Assembly: GCA_021814065.1 (NCBI GenBank)
Contig: JAKAIZ010000002.1
Coordinates: forward strand, 909-64,908
DNA from: Nitrospirota bacterium
GTDB lineage: Bacteria > Nitrospirota > Thermodesulfovibrionia > Thermodesulfovibrionales > UBA6898
DNA length: 64,000 bases
Direction: 5' to 3'
Below are positions 8,851 to 17,937 of this stretch, piece by piece (positions within the stretch are counted from its first letter, which is position 1; each line of letters opens with the position of its first letter). Under the pieces are notes generated by a model. That model had not been told where the DNA came from. It searched no databases and was given only the letters and a program-made list of their open reading frames with translations. The translations under genes were made by a program, and so were the position numbers.

Positions 8851-9576
8851 TCACGATTTGTTTTCACTTAGCTTTATTGCTTCTTTCAGATCGAGGGAAC
8901 CGGAGTAGATGGCCTTGCCGGTAATAGCGCCCCAGAGGCCTTTGATCTGCAGGAGGTTCCTGACGTCATCGAGGGTGGCGATGCCGCCCGAAGCGATCAC
9001 CGGAACGGTCACGGTCTTCAACATCTCCTGCTGGGCGGCTAAATTGGGGCCGGTAAGCATGCCGTCTCTCGAAATGTCCGTATAGATGATGCCCGCAACC
9101 CCTGCGGCCTCCACTCTCCTTGCAAGCTCTTTGGCCTCGACGGTACTCACTTCCTCCCATCCCCTGACCGCCACCTTCCCGTCTTTAGCGTCTATCCCGA
9201 CAAGGATTTTCCCCGGGAATCTGTTGCATGCCTCGACCACGAAGGCTGAGTCTTCCACCGCCGACGTGCCGAGAATGACCCTTTCTATGCCGGCGTTTAC
9301 AAGTTGTTCTACCGTTTCCATGTCGCGTATGCCCCCGCCGACTTCGATAACCATCTTCACGTACTTTCTGATCTTCAGCACGATGTCTATATTCTTCTGG
9401 CGCCCGGTAAAGGCTCCGTCGAGGTCGACGACATGAAGTATCTTCGCTCCGGCGGATTCCCATTTTTTTGCGGTCGCAACCGGGTCGCGGGAGTACACCG
9501 TCACCGCATCTTTCTTCCCCTGAAGGAGGCGCACACAGTTGCCGTCTTTCAAATCTATTGCGGGAATAATAAACAT
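8851..9576 (-). CDS. hisA: 1-(5-phosphoribosyl)-5-[(5-phosphoribosylamino)methylideneamino]imidazole-4-carboxamide isomerase
   Basis: Track ORF extends to 9675. The internal ATG at 9576 gives the canonical N-terminus MFIIPAIDLKDGNCVRLLQG. Also VVDLDGA, GGGIR and ASGG motifs. Confidence 0.93.
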   Translation of the reverse strand: MFIIPAIDLKDGNCVRLLQGKKDAVTVYSRDPVATAKKWESAGAKILHVVDLDGAFTGRQKNIDIVLKIRKYVKMVIEVGGGIRDMETVEQLVNAGIERVILGTSAVEDSAFVVEACNRFPGKILVGIDAKDGKVAVRGWEEVSTVEAKELARRVEAAGVAGIIYTDISRDGMLTGPNLAAQQEMLKTVTVPVIASGGIATLDDVRNLLQIKGLWGAITGKAIYSGSLDLKEAIKLSENKS

Positions 9577-9622
9577 AATATTAATATAGCAGAAAAAATC
9601 TTTTAATTCTCCGGGAGGTCCC

Positions 9623-10393
9623 TTGGCGTTCGGGAAAAAAGGAAAGTCTGTCAAAATAAAATTTCTTCTCTGCACATTCTTCTTATCATTTTTGACGGTT
9701 TTCGCCGCTATTTCGGACGCATACGCCTTCCGTGTCCCCGAGAAGCTTGTCTACGACCTTACCTGGGGGGGAATCAAGACAGGCACCGCAACTCTCGAAA
9801 TCAAAGAAGAAAACGGGGCTATGATAATTGTTTCGACCGCCCGCTCTGCCGCCTGGGTCTCTCTGTTTTACACCGTCGACGACAGAATAGAGTCCGTCCT
9901 CTCAAAACCCCTGCGTCACGCTGCTCTCGGCAATCCGCGGCACTACCGCATCAGGATCAGGGAAGGGCGGGACAGGCGTAACAAGGAGATCGTCTTTGAC
10001 GCGGCGAAACGCAAGGCTCTTTATACCGACTATCTGAATGGAGAGCGAAAGGACATTCTTATCCCCGACAATACCTTCGATCCCCTGTCGAGTTTCTATT
10101 ATTTCAGAACGATCAAGACCGTGCCCGGGAAGTCCGTTTACGTATATGTGGTGGACAGCAAGAAATTATGGAATGTCGAGGTGCAGGTCATCAGGAGGGA
10201 AAGAATTACCACGGAACTCGGGGTTTTTGATACCATAGTGATCAAGCCTCTCTTGAAATCGGAGGGCATCTTCAACAGGAGGGGAGACATGTATATATGG
10301 CTTACGGACGACGAAAAACGTGTACCCGTCAAGTTGCAGACAAAAGTGGCGCTCGGGAATGTCACCGCAACGCTGACAGGAGGCCAATATTAG
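9623..10393 (+). CDS. DUF3108-like exported protein
   Basis: TTG start just after GGGAGG. Signal peptide (FLLCTFFLSFLTVFAAISDAYA). YDLTWGGIKTGTATLE and later beta-rich blocks resemble DUF3108 from memory. Confidence 0.65.
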   Translation: MAFGKKGKSVKIKFLLCTFFLSFLTVFAAISDAYAFRVPEKLVYDLTWGGIKTGTATLEIKEENGAMIIVSTARSAAWVSLFYTVDDRIESVLSKPLRHAALGNPRHYRIRIREGRDRRNKEIVFDAAKRKALYTDYLNGERKDILIPDNTFDPLSSFYYFRTIKTVPGKSVYVYVVDSKKLWNVEVQVIRRERITTELGVFDTIVIKPLLKSEGIFNRRGDMYIWLTDDEKRVPVKLQTKVALGNVTATLTGGQY

Positions 10394-10457
10394 GACCCTC
10401 AGCAATCTGAAATTCGCTTCCGAATTTCTGGCCCTCTTCTTCATCGATATCGCCACC

Positions 10458-11831
10458 GTGGTGATATCGTTCTATTGCGCGGTCTTCGTGAGGACCAGCA
10501 TCCTGCCTTTTTTTTATGCTGGCTTTCCTGAGGGGATGCCGTTCAGAGGCCTTTTCGACATCTGGTGGGTCTTTGTCGTATGGGTTTTTTTCTTCTACTA
10601 CGAGGGGCTTTATACAAAAAGGTTCTCCTTTTGGGACGAGATACGGGTGTTGTGGAAGGTATCCTTTTTTTCGACTGTCGGCGTCTTTACTATCGTGTCG
10701 ATCGGGAAATTGAGTGATGAGATGTCCCGGACGGTCGTTGCCCTTATGGGTGCGATTTCCCTTTTGTACCTTCCGCTCATACGGATGGTCGCGAAGAAGG
10801 TCCTCAGGCGTTTGGGATTTCTGAAAAGGAGAGTGCTCATCCTGGGCGCGGGAGAGACGGGGAAGCTCATTGTCAGGGCGCTCAAGAAAGAGCCGAATTA
10901 CGGATATGAGATCAAGGGATTCTTAGACGACGACCCCGGTAAGTTCGGCAGGGAAATGGAAGGCGTCAAAATCCACAAGGGGACGGACAGGGCGGCAACA
11001 TATATAAACCGGTGCGGCATAGACGACCTCGTTATTGCCATGCCTGGCGCCGGCAAGGAGCGTCTCCAGGGACTGATAAACGGTCTTCAGCACAAGGTCG
11101 ACCGCATCCTCTTTGTGCCCGATATATTCGGTATCGCAGTATTGGGGACGAACCTTCAGCACTTCTTTCATGAAGAGGCGTTTGCCTTCGAGATGAAGAA
11201 CAACCTGGCAAGCCCCTTCAATATTTTCTTGAAGCGGAGCTTCGATATCTTGATGAGCATACTGCTTTTGCCTCTCCTTTTATTCCCTGTGGCGCTTATT
11301 TCCCTTCTCATCCGGATCGATTCCCCCGGGAGGGCGATTTTTTCTCAAGAGAGGGTGGGCAGGAGAGGAAAAACCTTCAGATGTTATAAGTTCAGGACGA
11401 TGTTCGATGATGCGGAAGACCGGCTTGAGGGGCTGCTGCAGGATGACCCGGAGGTGAAGAACAGATGGGAGCAGAACTGGAAGCTGAATGACGATCCGAG
11501 AGTGACTAAGATTGGATGGTTTCTCAGGACCACCTCCCTCGATGAATTGCCGCAGATACTGAATGTGCTGAAGGGCGAGATGAGTTTCGTCGGCCCCAGG
11601 CCGGTGACGCAGGACGAGATAGACATCCACTATCGAGAAATGGCCGAGCTCTGCTTCAGCGTGCTGCCGGGGATCACCGGGCTCTGGCAGGTGAGCGGAA
11701 GAAGCAATACAAGCTACGATTACCGCATCGCCCTTGATTCATGGTACGTGCGGAACTGGAACCTCTGGCTCGATATAGTTATTCTTTTCAAGACGGTCCG
11801 GATTGTCATAAGGAAGGAAGGGGCGTACTGA
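10458..11831 (+). CDS. Polyprenyl-phosphate sugar phosphotransferase (WbaP/EpsB-type priming enzyme)
   Basis: N-terminal TM helices, a central Rossmann-like region (VLILGAGETG) and the C-terminal bacterial sugar transferase domain (KRSFDILMSILLLP...RVGRRGKTFRCYKFRTM...DELPQILNVLKGEMSFVGPRP). The true start may lie a few codons upstream of GTG 10458, because the frame stays open with no canonical start. Confidence 0.9.
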   Translation: MVISFYCAVFVRTSILPFFYAGFPEGMPFRGLFDIWWVFVVWVFFFYYEGLYTKRFSFWDEIRVLWKVSFFSTVGVFTIVSIGKLSDEMSRTVVALMGAISLLYLPLIRMVAKKVLRRLGFLKRRVLILGAGETGKLIVRALKKEPNYGYEIKGFLDDDPGKFGREMEGVKIHKGTDRAATYINRCGIDDLVIAMPGAGKERLQGLINGLQHKVDRILFVPDIFGIAVLGTNLQHFFHEEAFAFEMKNNLASPFNIFLKRSFDILMSILLLPLLLFPVALISLLIRIDSPGRAIFSQERVGRRGKTFRCYKFRTMFDDAEDRLEGLLQDDPEVKNRWEQNWKLNDDPRVTKIGWFLRTTSLDELPQILNVLKGEMSFVGPRPVTQDEIDIHYREMAELCFSVLPGITGLWQVSGRSNTSYDYRIALDSWYVRNWNLWLDIVILFKTVRIVIRKEGAY

Positions 11832-11937
11832 TTCCCTCTTTTCTCCGCTTCCGTCACCTGGGCCGTCATGGAAATTTGAGAGCCTTATCCAATATAATAA
11901 AAACGCAGACTTACGGGAATTTTGGTATATCACGGTG

Positions 11938-11993
11938 CTGTCATTCCCGCGCAGGCGGGTCTCCTCAGGCGACTCGAAGCGAGAATCCAGAGA
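11938..11993. repeat. Half copy of the MITE/REP-like element
   Basis: CTGTCATTCCCGCGCAGGCGGGTCTCCTCAGGCGACTCGAAGCGAGAATCC parallels the left half of the element at 58611-58755. No right terminus is present. Confidence 0.5.
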
Positions 11994-12002
11994 ACTCTTT
12001 GA

Positions 12003-15000
12003 ATGAGGAACAATACTTTGGAAGAAGGAAGGCCTTTGGTTTCTATAATTGTCAGGACAAAAGACAGGCCCAAGCTTCTTAAGAAGGCGCTTGCGAGTAT
12101 CTCTGCCCAGACTTACCGTCCGGTTGAAGTTGTCCTTGTCAACGACGGCGGTTGCGAACTCGACACCGAAGAGCTGAAAGAACTCCTCAACGACATGCCG
12201 CTCAATTATATAAGGCTCGAAAAGAACGCGGGGCGGGCGCATGCCGGAAACGTGGGGCTCAAAAACGCAAAAGGCGAATACGTAGGATTCCTGGATGATG
12301 ACGATGAATTTTATCCCGAGCATGTGGAAACGCTGGTAACTTTTCTTGAACACAGTGAATATAAGGTTGCGTATACGGATTCATTTTGCGTATTTCAAGA
12401 ATGGGTAACAGATAAATATGTGACTGTCAGTAAAAAAGTCCTTTATAGTCAAGATTTTGATCGCGAGGGATTGTTAGTAGCTAATTACATTCCTATGCTC
12501 AATGTTTTGTTTAGAAAAGATTTGATTTTCAGCACAGGATTACTTGATGAAAAGCTTGAAGCCCATGAAGACTGGGACATGTGGTTGCGGCTTTCCCAAC
12601 ACAGTGATTTTTATCACATCAACAAAATAACCGCCGAATTCAGTATGAGAACTGACGGAACTACAATAACTAGCAGTAACCGGAAGGCATTTCTGGAGAC
12701 TGCAAGAATAATTCATAAGAGATATTCCCCTTCTCCCCCCGATGAGAAAATTGTTAAAGGGCAGAATACTGTTGAGTGGTTACTTGCTAAAGGAGTGGTG
12801 ACTAATGGGGAAAAATTGGAAAACTCATATCTCGTAGATATTGCTGAAGCACTGATTCAGCAGAAGGACATCCAAATAGGAAATCTTGAGGCAGCTATAC
12901 AGAGGGATATCCAGATAAGGCAGAAGGACACCCAAATAGGAAATCTTGAGGCGGCGATAAATGGGAAGGATATCCAGATAAGGGAGAAGGACGCCCGGAT
13001 AGAGGATCTTGAGGCGGCGATAAATGGGAAGGACGCCCGGATAGAGGATCTTCAGGCGGCGATAAATGGGAAGGAGGCCCGGATAGAGGATCTTCAGGGG
13101 GCGACCAGCGAGAAAGATGATGCCTTAAATAATATTTACAGTTCCCATGGATGGAAGACCCTTTTGTTTTATTACAAAGTTAGGGACAGGATATTTCCGC
13201 CAAGCAGCAGGAGGCGGAAGGCAGCAAAACTTGCATGGAACCTTTTAAGTCCGGCCGGCAGCGGCTGGAAGGGCCGGCGGAGGAGCATCGTCGATGCATC
13301 TGAAGGTCGGTTTGCGCGGTCGCTGGTTTCTGCCTATTCTTCCAGTACATTCCTCCGGAGCAGTTTTGCTGCAGCAAACGTTTGGTCGCATAAATATGTG
13401 CGCCCATGGTTTCCAGCCCTGCACGACAAATTTTTTGTGGATTTCAAGCTCTATCTGAAAAAACGATGGTTAACCGGAGGCGGCGGAAACGGCGCTGTCC
13501 TGCAACCCCAACTTTACTCCTTGCCTAAGCCGGCAGATGAAGAATTCCTTCCGAAAGTATCCGTCATAATCCCTAATTACAATCACGCGCGCTATTTGCG
13601 TCAGAGGCTTGAAGCCGTTTATAGGCAAACGTATAAGAATATTGAGGTTGTTTTGCTTGATGATAACTCCGACGATGAAAGCACGCAGATTCTTGAGGAA
13701 TACCGGCTGCGTTATCCAAATATTACAAAATGCATCTTTAACGATAAGAATTCGGGGAGCGTTTTTTATCAGTGGCAGCGCGGCATTGAATCAGCCCAGG
13801 GAGAACTTATCTGGATTGCGGAAAGCGATGATTACTGCTCTGATAATTTAATAGAAGAATTAGTCCATTTTTTTGCTAATGAAGCAGTAATGCTTGCTTT
13901 TTGCAAAACGGTGTTCGTTGACGGCGACACAGACCGGCAAAGCTGGAGTCTGGAGGAGTATCTGGCGGATGTCATAGACCCGGCATTATGGCAGCAGCCT
14001 TTTATCAAATCAGCAAACTATTTGGTAAATACTATGTGGGGAATAAGGAATATCGTTGCCAATGTGGGTAGTGCGGTATTTAGAAATCCTGGCAAATTAG
14101 AATTATTGGAAAACGAACCCTGGAAACGAATGAGGATATGCGGAGACTGGATCTTCTATTTGCATATAATCCGCGGCGGATTGGTTGCTTATACTCCAAA
14201 GGCAACTAATTTTTTCCGGATGCACGAGAAAAATACTTCAGTGAATACCTATAATCAGGATATTTATTACCGCGAACATGAAAAAGTTGCGGAAGAGCTG
14301 GTTAAGCTCTATCGACTGCAGGAAGGCGTTCTTGAAAAGCAGCGGCGTGTTCTGGAGGGGCATTGGCGCTTACACCGTGCAGATTATTCCGAACATGCTT
14401 TCATGCGATGCTATAATTCAGAGCGTATTAAGCATTTATCCAAGAGCCGTAAGCCTAATTTGCTGATCATTGCATTTGCGCTGGCAAGCGGCGGCGGAGA
14501 AACTTTTGCTGTCAGACTCTCAAACTTATTGAAGTCTAACGGCAGCGGCGTGACCTTACTTAATTTTCATCGAGAACCTACACAGCAGGGGGTCCGGCGA
14601 ATGTTGCACAAAAGCATACCTTTGCTGGAGTTGGACAGATGGGACAAGCTCAGTATGGTGGTTGATGACATGGGTATTGAAATTGTGCATTCTCATCATG
14701 CCTGGGTCGATGTAACTATCTGTTCGCTTTTAGAAGATAATCCGAATTGCAAGGTGATCGTGACAACCCACGGCATGTATGAGATGATGTCGCGCGCCGA
14801 GATAAACAGGGTCAATCGTTTGCTGAAGGAGCGTGTTGACAGGTTTGTTTATCTCGCAGACAAGAATCTGGACGGCTTCGATTTTAACATTGTTGAGCAA
14901 AAGCACTTCGTCAAAATCGGCAATGCGATGGAAAAAGTGCCGATAACGCCTGTCCCAAGGGAGGATCTCGGGATCAGGAAAGAGGATTTTGTCCTGTGTA

Positions 15001-15584
15001 TGGTCAGTCGGGCCATACCGGAAAAAGGCTGGAAGGAGGGCATCGCTGCCGTGGCATTGGCGCGAGAACTCAGCGGAAAAGAGATCCACTTGTTATTGAT
15101 CGGCGACGGCCCCGAATATGAACGGTTGAAAAATCGTGAGAAGACCCATTTCATACATTTTATGGGGTTTAAGGATAATGTCTGCGATTATTTTGCAACC
15201 TCCGATCTGGGGTTTCTTCCATCCAGGTTCCGCGGAGAAAGCTATCCGCTGGTAATTATCGAATGCCTTCAGGCTAATCGCCCGGTTTTGGCAAGCGATA
15301 TTGGCGAAACTGCAAAGATGCTGGAAACCGAGTCGGGTCCTGCCGGCAGTGTATTTGCTCTTGATAACTGGAAGATCCCGGTCAAACGGATTGCGGAGCT
15401 TATCGCGGGGTATGCGACGAACAAGGCCTGGTATTCCGAACAGCTTGCGCGGGTGCCGGAGGCGGTAAAGAAGTTCGACCCGGAGAAGATGGTCCAACGC
15501 TACGAGAAGGTGTATCGGGAGGTCCTTGAGGAAGACGGCAAAGACAAAATCGAACATCCCGCAGAGGTGGGAAAAAAAACATAG
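12003..15584 (+). CDS. Multidomain glycosyltransferase: GT2 - repetitive coiled coil - GT2 - GT4
   Basis: GT2 signatures occur twice (VSIIVRTKDRP...VNDGG and VSVIIPNYNHARYL...LDDNSDDES). 14-residue coiled-coil repeats (KDARIEDLEAAING) lie between them. The C-terminal third has GT4/GT-B features (ASGGGETF...E..GESYPLVIIECLQANRPVLASDIG). Confidence 0.85.
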   Translation: MRNNTLEEGRPLVSIIVRTKDRPKLLKKALASISAQTYRPVEVVLVNDGGCELDTEELKELLNDMPLNYIRLEKNAGRAHAGNVGLKNAKGEYVGFLDDDDEFYPEHVETLVTFLEHSEYKVAYTDSFCVFQEWVTDKYVTVSKKVLYSQDFDREGLLVANYIPMLNVLFRKDLIFSTGLLDEKLEAHEDWDMWLRLSQHSDFYHINKITAEFSMRTDGTTITSSNRKAFLETARIIHKRYSPSPPDEKIVKGQNTVEWLLAKGVVTNGEKLENSYLVDIAEALIQQKDIQIGNLEAAIQRDIQIRQKDTQIGNLEAAINGKDIQIREKDARIEDLEAAINGKDARIEDLQAAINGKEARIEDLQGATSEKDDALNNIYSSHGWKTLLFYYKVRDRIFPPSSRRRKAAKLAWNLLSPAGSGWKGRRRSIVDASEGRFARSLVSAYSSSTFLRSSFAAANVWSHKYVRPWFPALHDKFFVDFKLYLKKRWLTGGGGNGAVLQPQLYSLPKPADEEFLPKVSVIIPNYNHARYLRQRLEAVYRQTYKNIEVVLLDDNSDDESTQILEEYRLRYPNITKCIFNDKNSGSVFYQWQRGIESAQGELIWIAESDDYCSDNLIEELVHFFANEAVMLAFCKTVFVDGDTDRQSWSLEEYLADVIDPALWQQPFIKSANYLVNTMWGIRNIVANVGSAVFRNPGKLELLENEPWKRMRICGDWIFYLHIIRGGLVAYTPKATNFFRMHEKNTSVNTYNQDIYYREHEKVAEELVKLYRLQEGVLEKQRRVLEGHWRLHRADYSEHAFMRCYNSERIKHLSKSRKPNLLIIAFALASGGGETFAVRLSNLLKSNGSGVTLLNFHREPTQQGVRRMLHKSIPLLELDRWDKLSMVVDDMGIEIVHSHHAWVDVTICSLLEDNPNCKVIVTTHGMYEMMSRAEINRVNRLLKERVDRFVYLADKNLDGFDFNIVEQKHFVKIGNAMEKVPITPVPREDLGIRKEDFVLCMVSRAIPEKGWKEGIAAVALARELSGKEIHLLLIGDGPEYERLKNREKTHFIHFMGFKDNVCDYFATSDLGFLPSRFRGESYPLVIIECLQANRPVLASDIGETAKMLETESGPAGSVFALDNWKIPVKRIAELIAGYATNKAWYSEQLARVPEAVKKFDPEKMVQRYEKVYREVLEEDGKDKIEHPAEVGKKT
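12861..13102 (+). repeat. Coding tandem repeat (60/63-nt units grading into three 42-nt units)
   Basis: CAGAAGGACATCCAAATAGGAAATCTTGAGGC... recurs at 12861 and 12921. AAGGACGCCCGGATAGAGGATCTT(G/C)AGGCGGCGATAAATGGG repeats three times from about 12986. The repeats encode xKDxxIxxLEAAIx units. Confidence 0.9.
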
Positions 15585-15696
15585 AAATTGTACAATAGCG
15601 AAGGGTGGGGATGGTCTTACGCATGAAGAGGCGGAACGGCCGGCCCGGTTCAGCGGCGAAAGCCGGCAAGGTACGAAGGGGAAAATTGGAGGGAAC

Positions 15697-17886
15697 ATGA
15701 AGAAGACATCTGGCCTGTTTATCCTGTTTGCATGCGTGGCGCTGCTTCTCGGAGCCTGCGGCGGGGGCGGAGAAAGAGAGACACCACCTCCGGCACAGTT
15801 AAGTCTGAGTGTTCTGCCTACATCGCTCCCCGATGCTACGGTTAATGTTCCGTATTACCAGACAACGGCAATTTCGGCGTCGGGAGGTACGCCTCCTTAT
15901 CAGTATTCCTGCTCTGCCCCGAAGGCCTCGGGTCTCTCGGCTTCCATAACTTCTTCTGATCTTTCATCCGGTAGTGCGTCATGTCTGATAAGCGGAGTCC
16001 CGGTTGCCGCTGGCGCGGCCGCAATAAGTATTTCCGTATCTGACGCGAGGGGCGCTTCGGCGTCCGCAGGCACTTCGTCAGTCGCTATTACGCCTTCACC
16101 GGACCCGCTCGATAACTGGCATTGGAGAAATCCGCTGCCGCAGGGTAATACGCTTAATGGTGTGGCATATGGGAACGGCATCTACGTCGCCGTCGGGGAT
16201 AACGGCACTATCGTAACCTCGCCGGACTCGACGATATGGACTTTGAGGAACTCCGGGATAACGGCCTCATTGCACGCAGTGACGTATGGGAACGGCATCT
16301 TTGTTGCGGTAGGAGAAAACGGCAGTGTCGTGACGTCGCCGGATTCAGTAACGTGGACATCCAGAAGTGCAGGAACAAGCGCGTTAAGCGGGATCAGCTA
16401 TGGCAACGGCATCTTTGTCGCCGTGGGGGATAACGGCACTATTCTTACTTCATCCGATGGGGTAATCTGGACCCCCGGAAACTCCGGCACAACTGCTTCC
16501 CTAAGCACAGTGGCCTATGGCAACGGTAAGTTTGTGGTCATGGGTGTCGATATCATCCTCACGTCCGCTAATGGTATAACATGGACATCGGCAAGCACAA
16601 CAATATCAATTAATTGGTCCGGTGTAATGTACGGCAATGGCATATTTGTTGCCGGAGGTTATTTTGGCTGCAATCACTTCACCTGCGAAGGATTCGCAAC
16701 CTCACCTGACGGGATAACATGGACTCCCAGTTCTTTGCCTGCGTATCAGCCGCCAGGTCTTGGATTTTGCATGAGCTATGGCAATGGCACCTTTGTGATC
16801 ATGGGGGGCGGCCGACTGGCGACCTCGTCCGACGGCAATACATGGACAGTAGAATGGGCATCGGAATCCGGCGATTTTGACGCAAATGCGGTTACGTATG
16901 GCAATGGCACCTTTGTCGATGTGACGTATGCAGGGATGATCAAGACTTCCCCAGACGGGATAACCTGGACATCCAGGATATCTGGAACGGCTGATAATTT
17001 GAGGCACGCAGTGTATGGAAACGACACCTTTGTGGCGGTGGGATATTCCAATGTGTACGGTTACTTTTCCATCGCCTCCACCAACGCCTTAATTCTCACT
17101 TCGCCAGATGGAAAAACGTGGACGTCCAGACTCACGGATCTGACAGGAGGATTGGGTGGGGTCGCCTATGGCAACGGCACCTTCGTTGCCGTGGGAGGGA
17201 CTCCATATATCGCGGGCGGCATTATCCTCACTTCCCCTGACGGAGTCACCTGGACATCGAGGGACTCCGGTACCCTTGATAATTTGAATGCGGTAGCGTA
17301 CGGGAACGGTATCTTCGTCGCAGTAGGCAATTCCGATGTCAACGGGGTTATTCTGACGTCGACCGACGGCGTCACGTGGGCACAAAGAAATTCGACGGAA
17401 AGCGTCGGCTTGTACGACGTGACTTTTGGAGATGGGATGTTTGTGGCGGTAGGAAATTCCGATGCCGCCGGAGTAATTCTCACCTCCCCCGACGGCGTGA
17501 CCTGGACTTCGAGAAACTCTGCAGACAGCGCAGTTTTGGCTGGGGTGGCCTATGGCAATGGCACCTTCGTTTCGGTAGGGTGGTATTATCATTCTCCCTC
17601 TGACACCGGTGCAACCATCATCAGTTCCGACGATGGAGTAATATGGACATCCAGAAGATCGGATTCAGCCGTTGTTGCTTTTAACGGTGTGTCTTATGGC
17701 AACGGCACTTTTCTGACGGTGGGGTATTCCGGTTCCATGCTCACCTCACCCGACGGGGTAACGTGGACATCCAGAATCTCCGGAACATCTGGAACAACTT
17801 TTCTGTCCGGGGTAGCTTATGGTAATGGGACCTTTGTGGCTGTAGGCGAGGGAGGCACCATTATCCAGTCTGACCCACTGAAATAG
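15697..17886 (+). CDS. Lipoprotein with an Ig-like domain and 14 propeller-blade repeats
   Basis: Track ORF starts at 15526. ATG 15697 follows GGAGGGAAC and gives the lipobox MKKTSGLFILFACVALLLGAC. PPYQYS putative-Ig motif. 14 copies of (V/I)xYGNGxFVAVGxxGxIxTSxDGxxWTxR, an Asp-box-like SPDGxTW. Confidence 0.8.
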   Translation: MKKTSGLFILFACVALLLGACGGGGERETPPPAQLSLSVLPTSLPDATVNVPYYQTTAISASGGTPPYQYSCSAPKASGLSASITSSDLSSGSASCLISGVPVAAGAAAISISVSDARGASASAGTSSVAITPSPDPLDNWHWRNPLPQGNTLNGVAYGNGIYVAVGDNGTIVTSPDSTIWTLRNSGITASLHAVTYGNGIFVAVGENGSVVTSPDSVTWTSRSAGTSALSGISYGNGIFVAVGDNGTILTSSDGVIWTPGNSGTTASLSTVAYGNGKFVVMGVDIILTSANGITWTSASTTISINWSGVMYGNGIFVAGGYFGCNHFTCEGFATSPDGITWTPSSLPAYQPPGLGFCMSYGNGTFVIMGGGRLATSSDGNTWTVEWASESGDFDANAVTYGNGTFVDVTYAGMIKTSPDGITWTSRISGTADNLRHAVYGNDTFVAVGYSNVYGYFSIASTNALILTSPDGKTWTSRLTDLTGGLGGVAYGNGTFVAVGGTPYIAGGIILTSPDGVTWTSRDSGTLDNLNAVAYGNGIFVAVGNSDVNGVILTSTDGVTWAQRNSTESVGLYDVTFGDGMFVAVGNSDAAGVILTSPDGVTWTSRNSADSAVLAGVAYGNGTFVSVGWYYHSPSDTGATIISSDDGVIWTSRRSDSAVVAFNGVSYGNGTFLTVGYSGSMLTSPDGVTWTSRISGTSGTTFLSGVAYGNGTFVAVGEGGTIIQSDPLK

Positions 17887-17937
17887 TTGTCTCTGGTATT
17901 CTATGAAATCAGGAATTCAAGGTTTAGTTGAGGAGCC

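Noticed and set aside
15526-15696. 57-codon N-terminal extension of the propeller lipoprotein ORF
   Set aside because: The extension is Lys/Arg-rich and overlaps the end of the upstream gene. ATG 15697 has a GGAGGG RBS and yields a perfect lipoprotein signal peptide.
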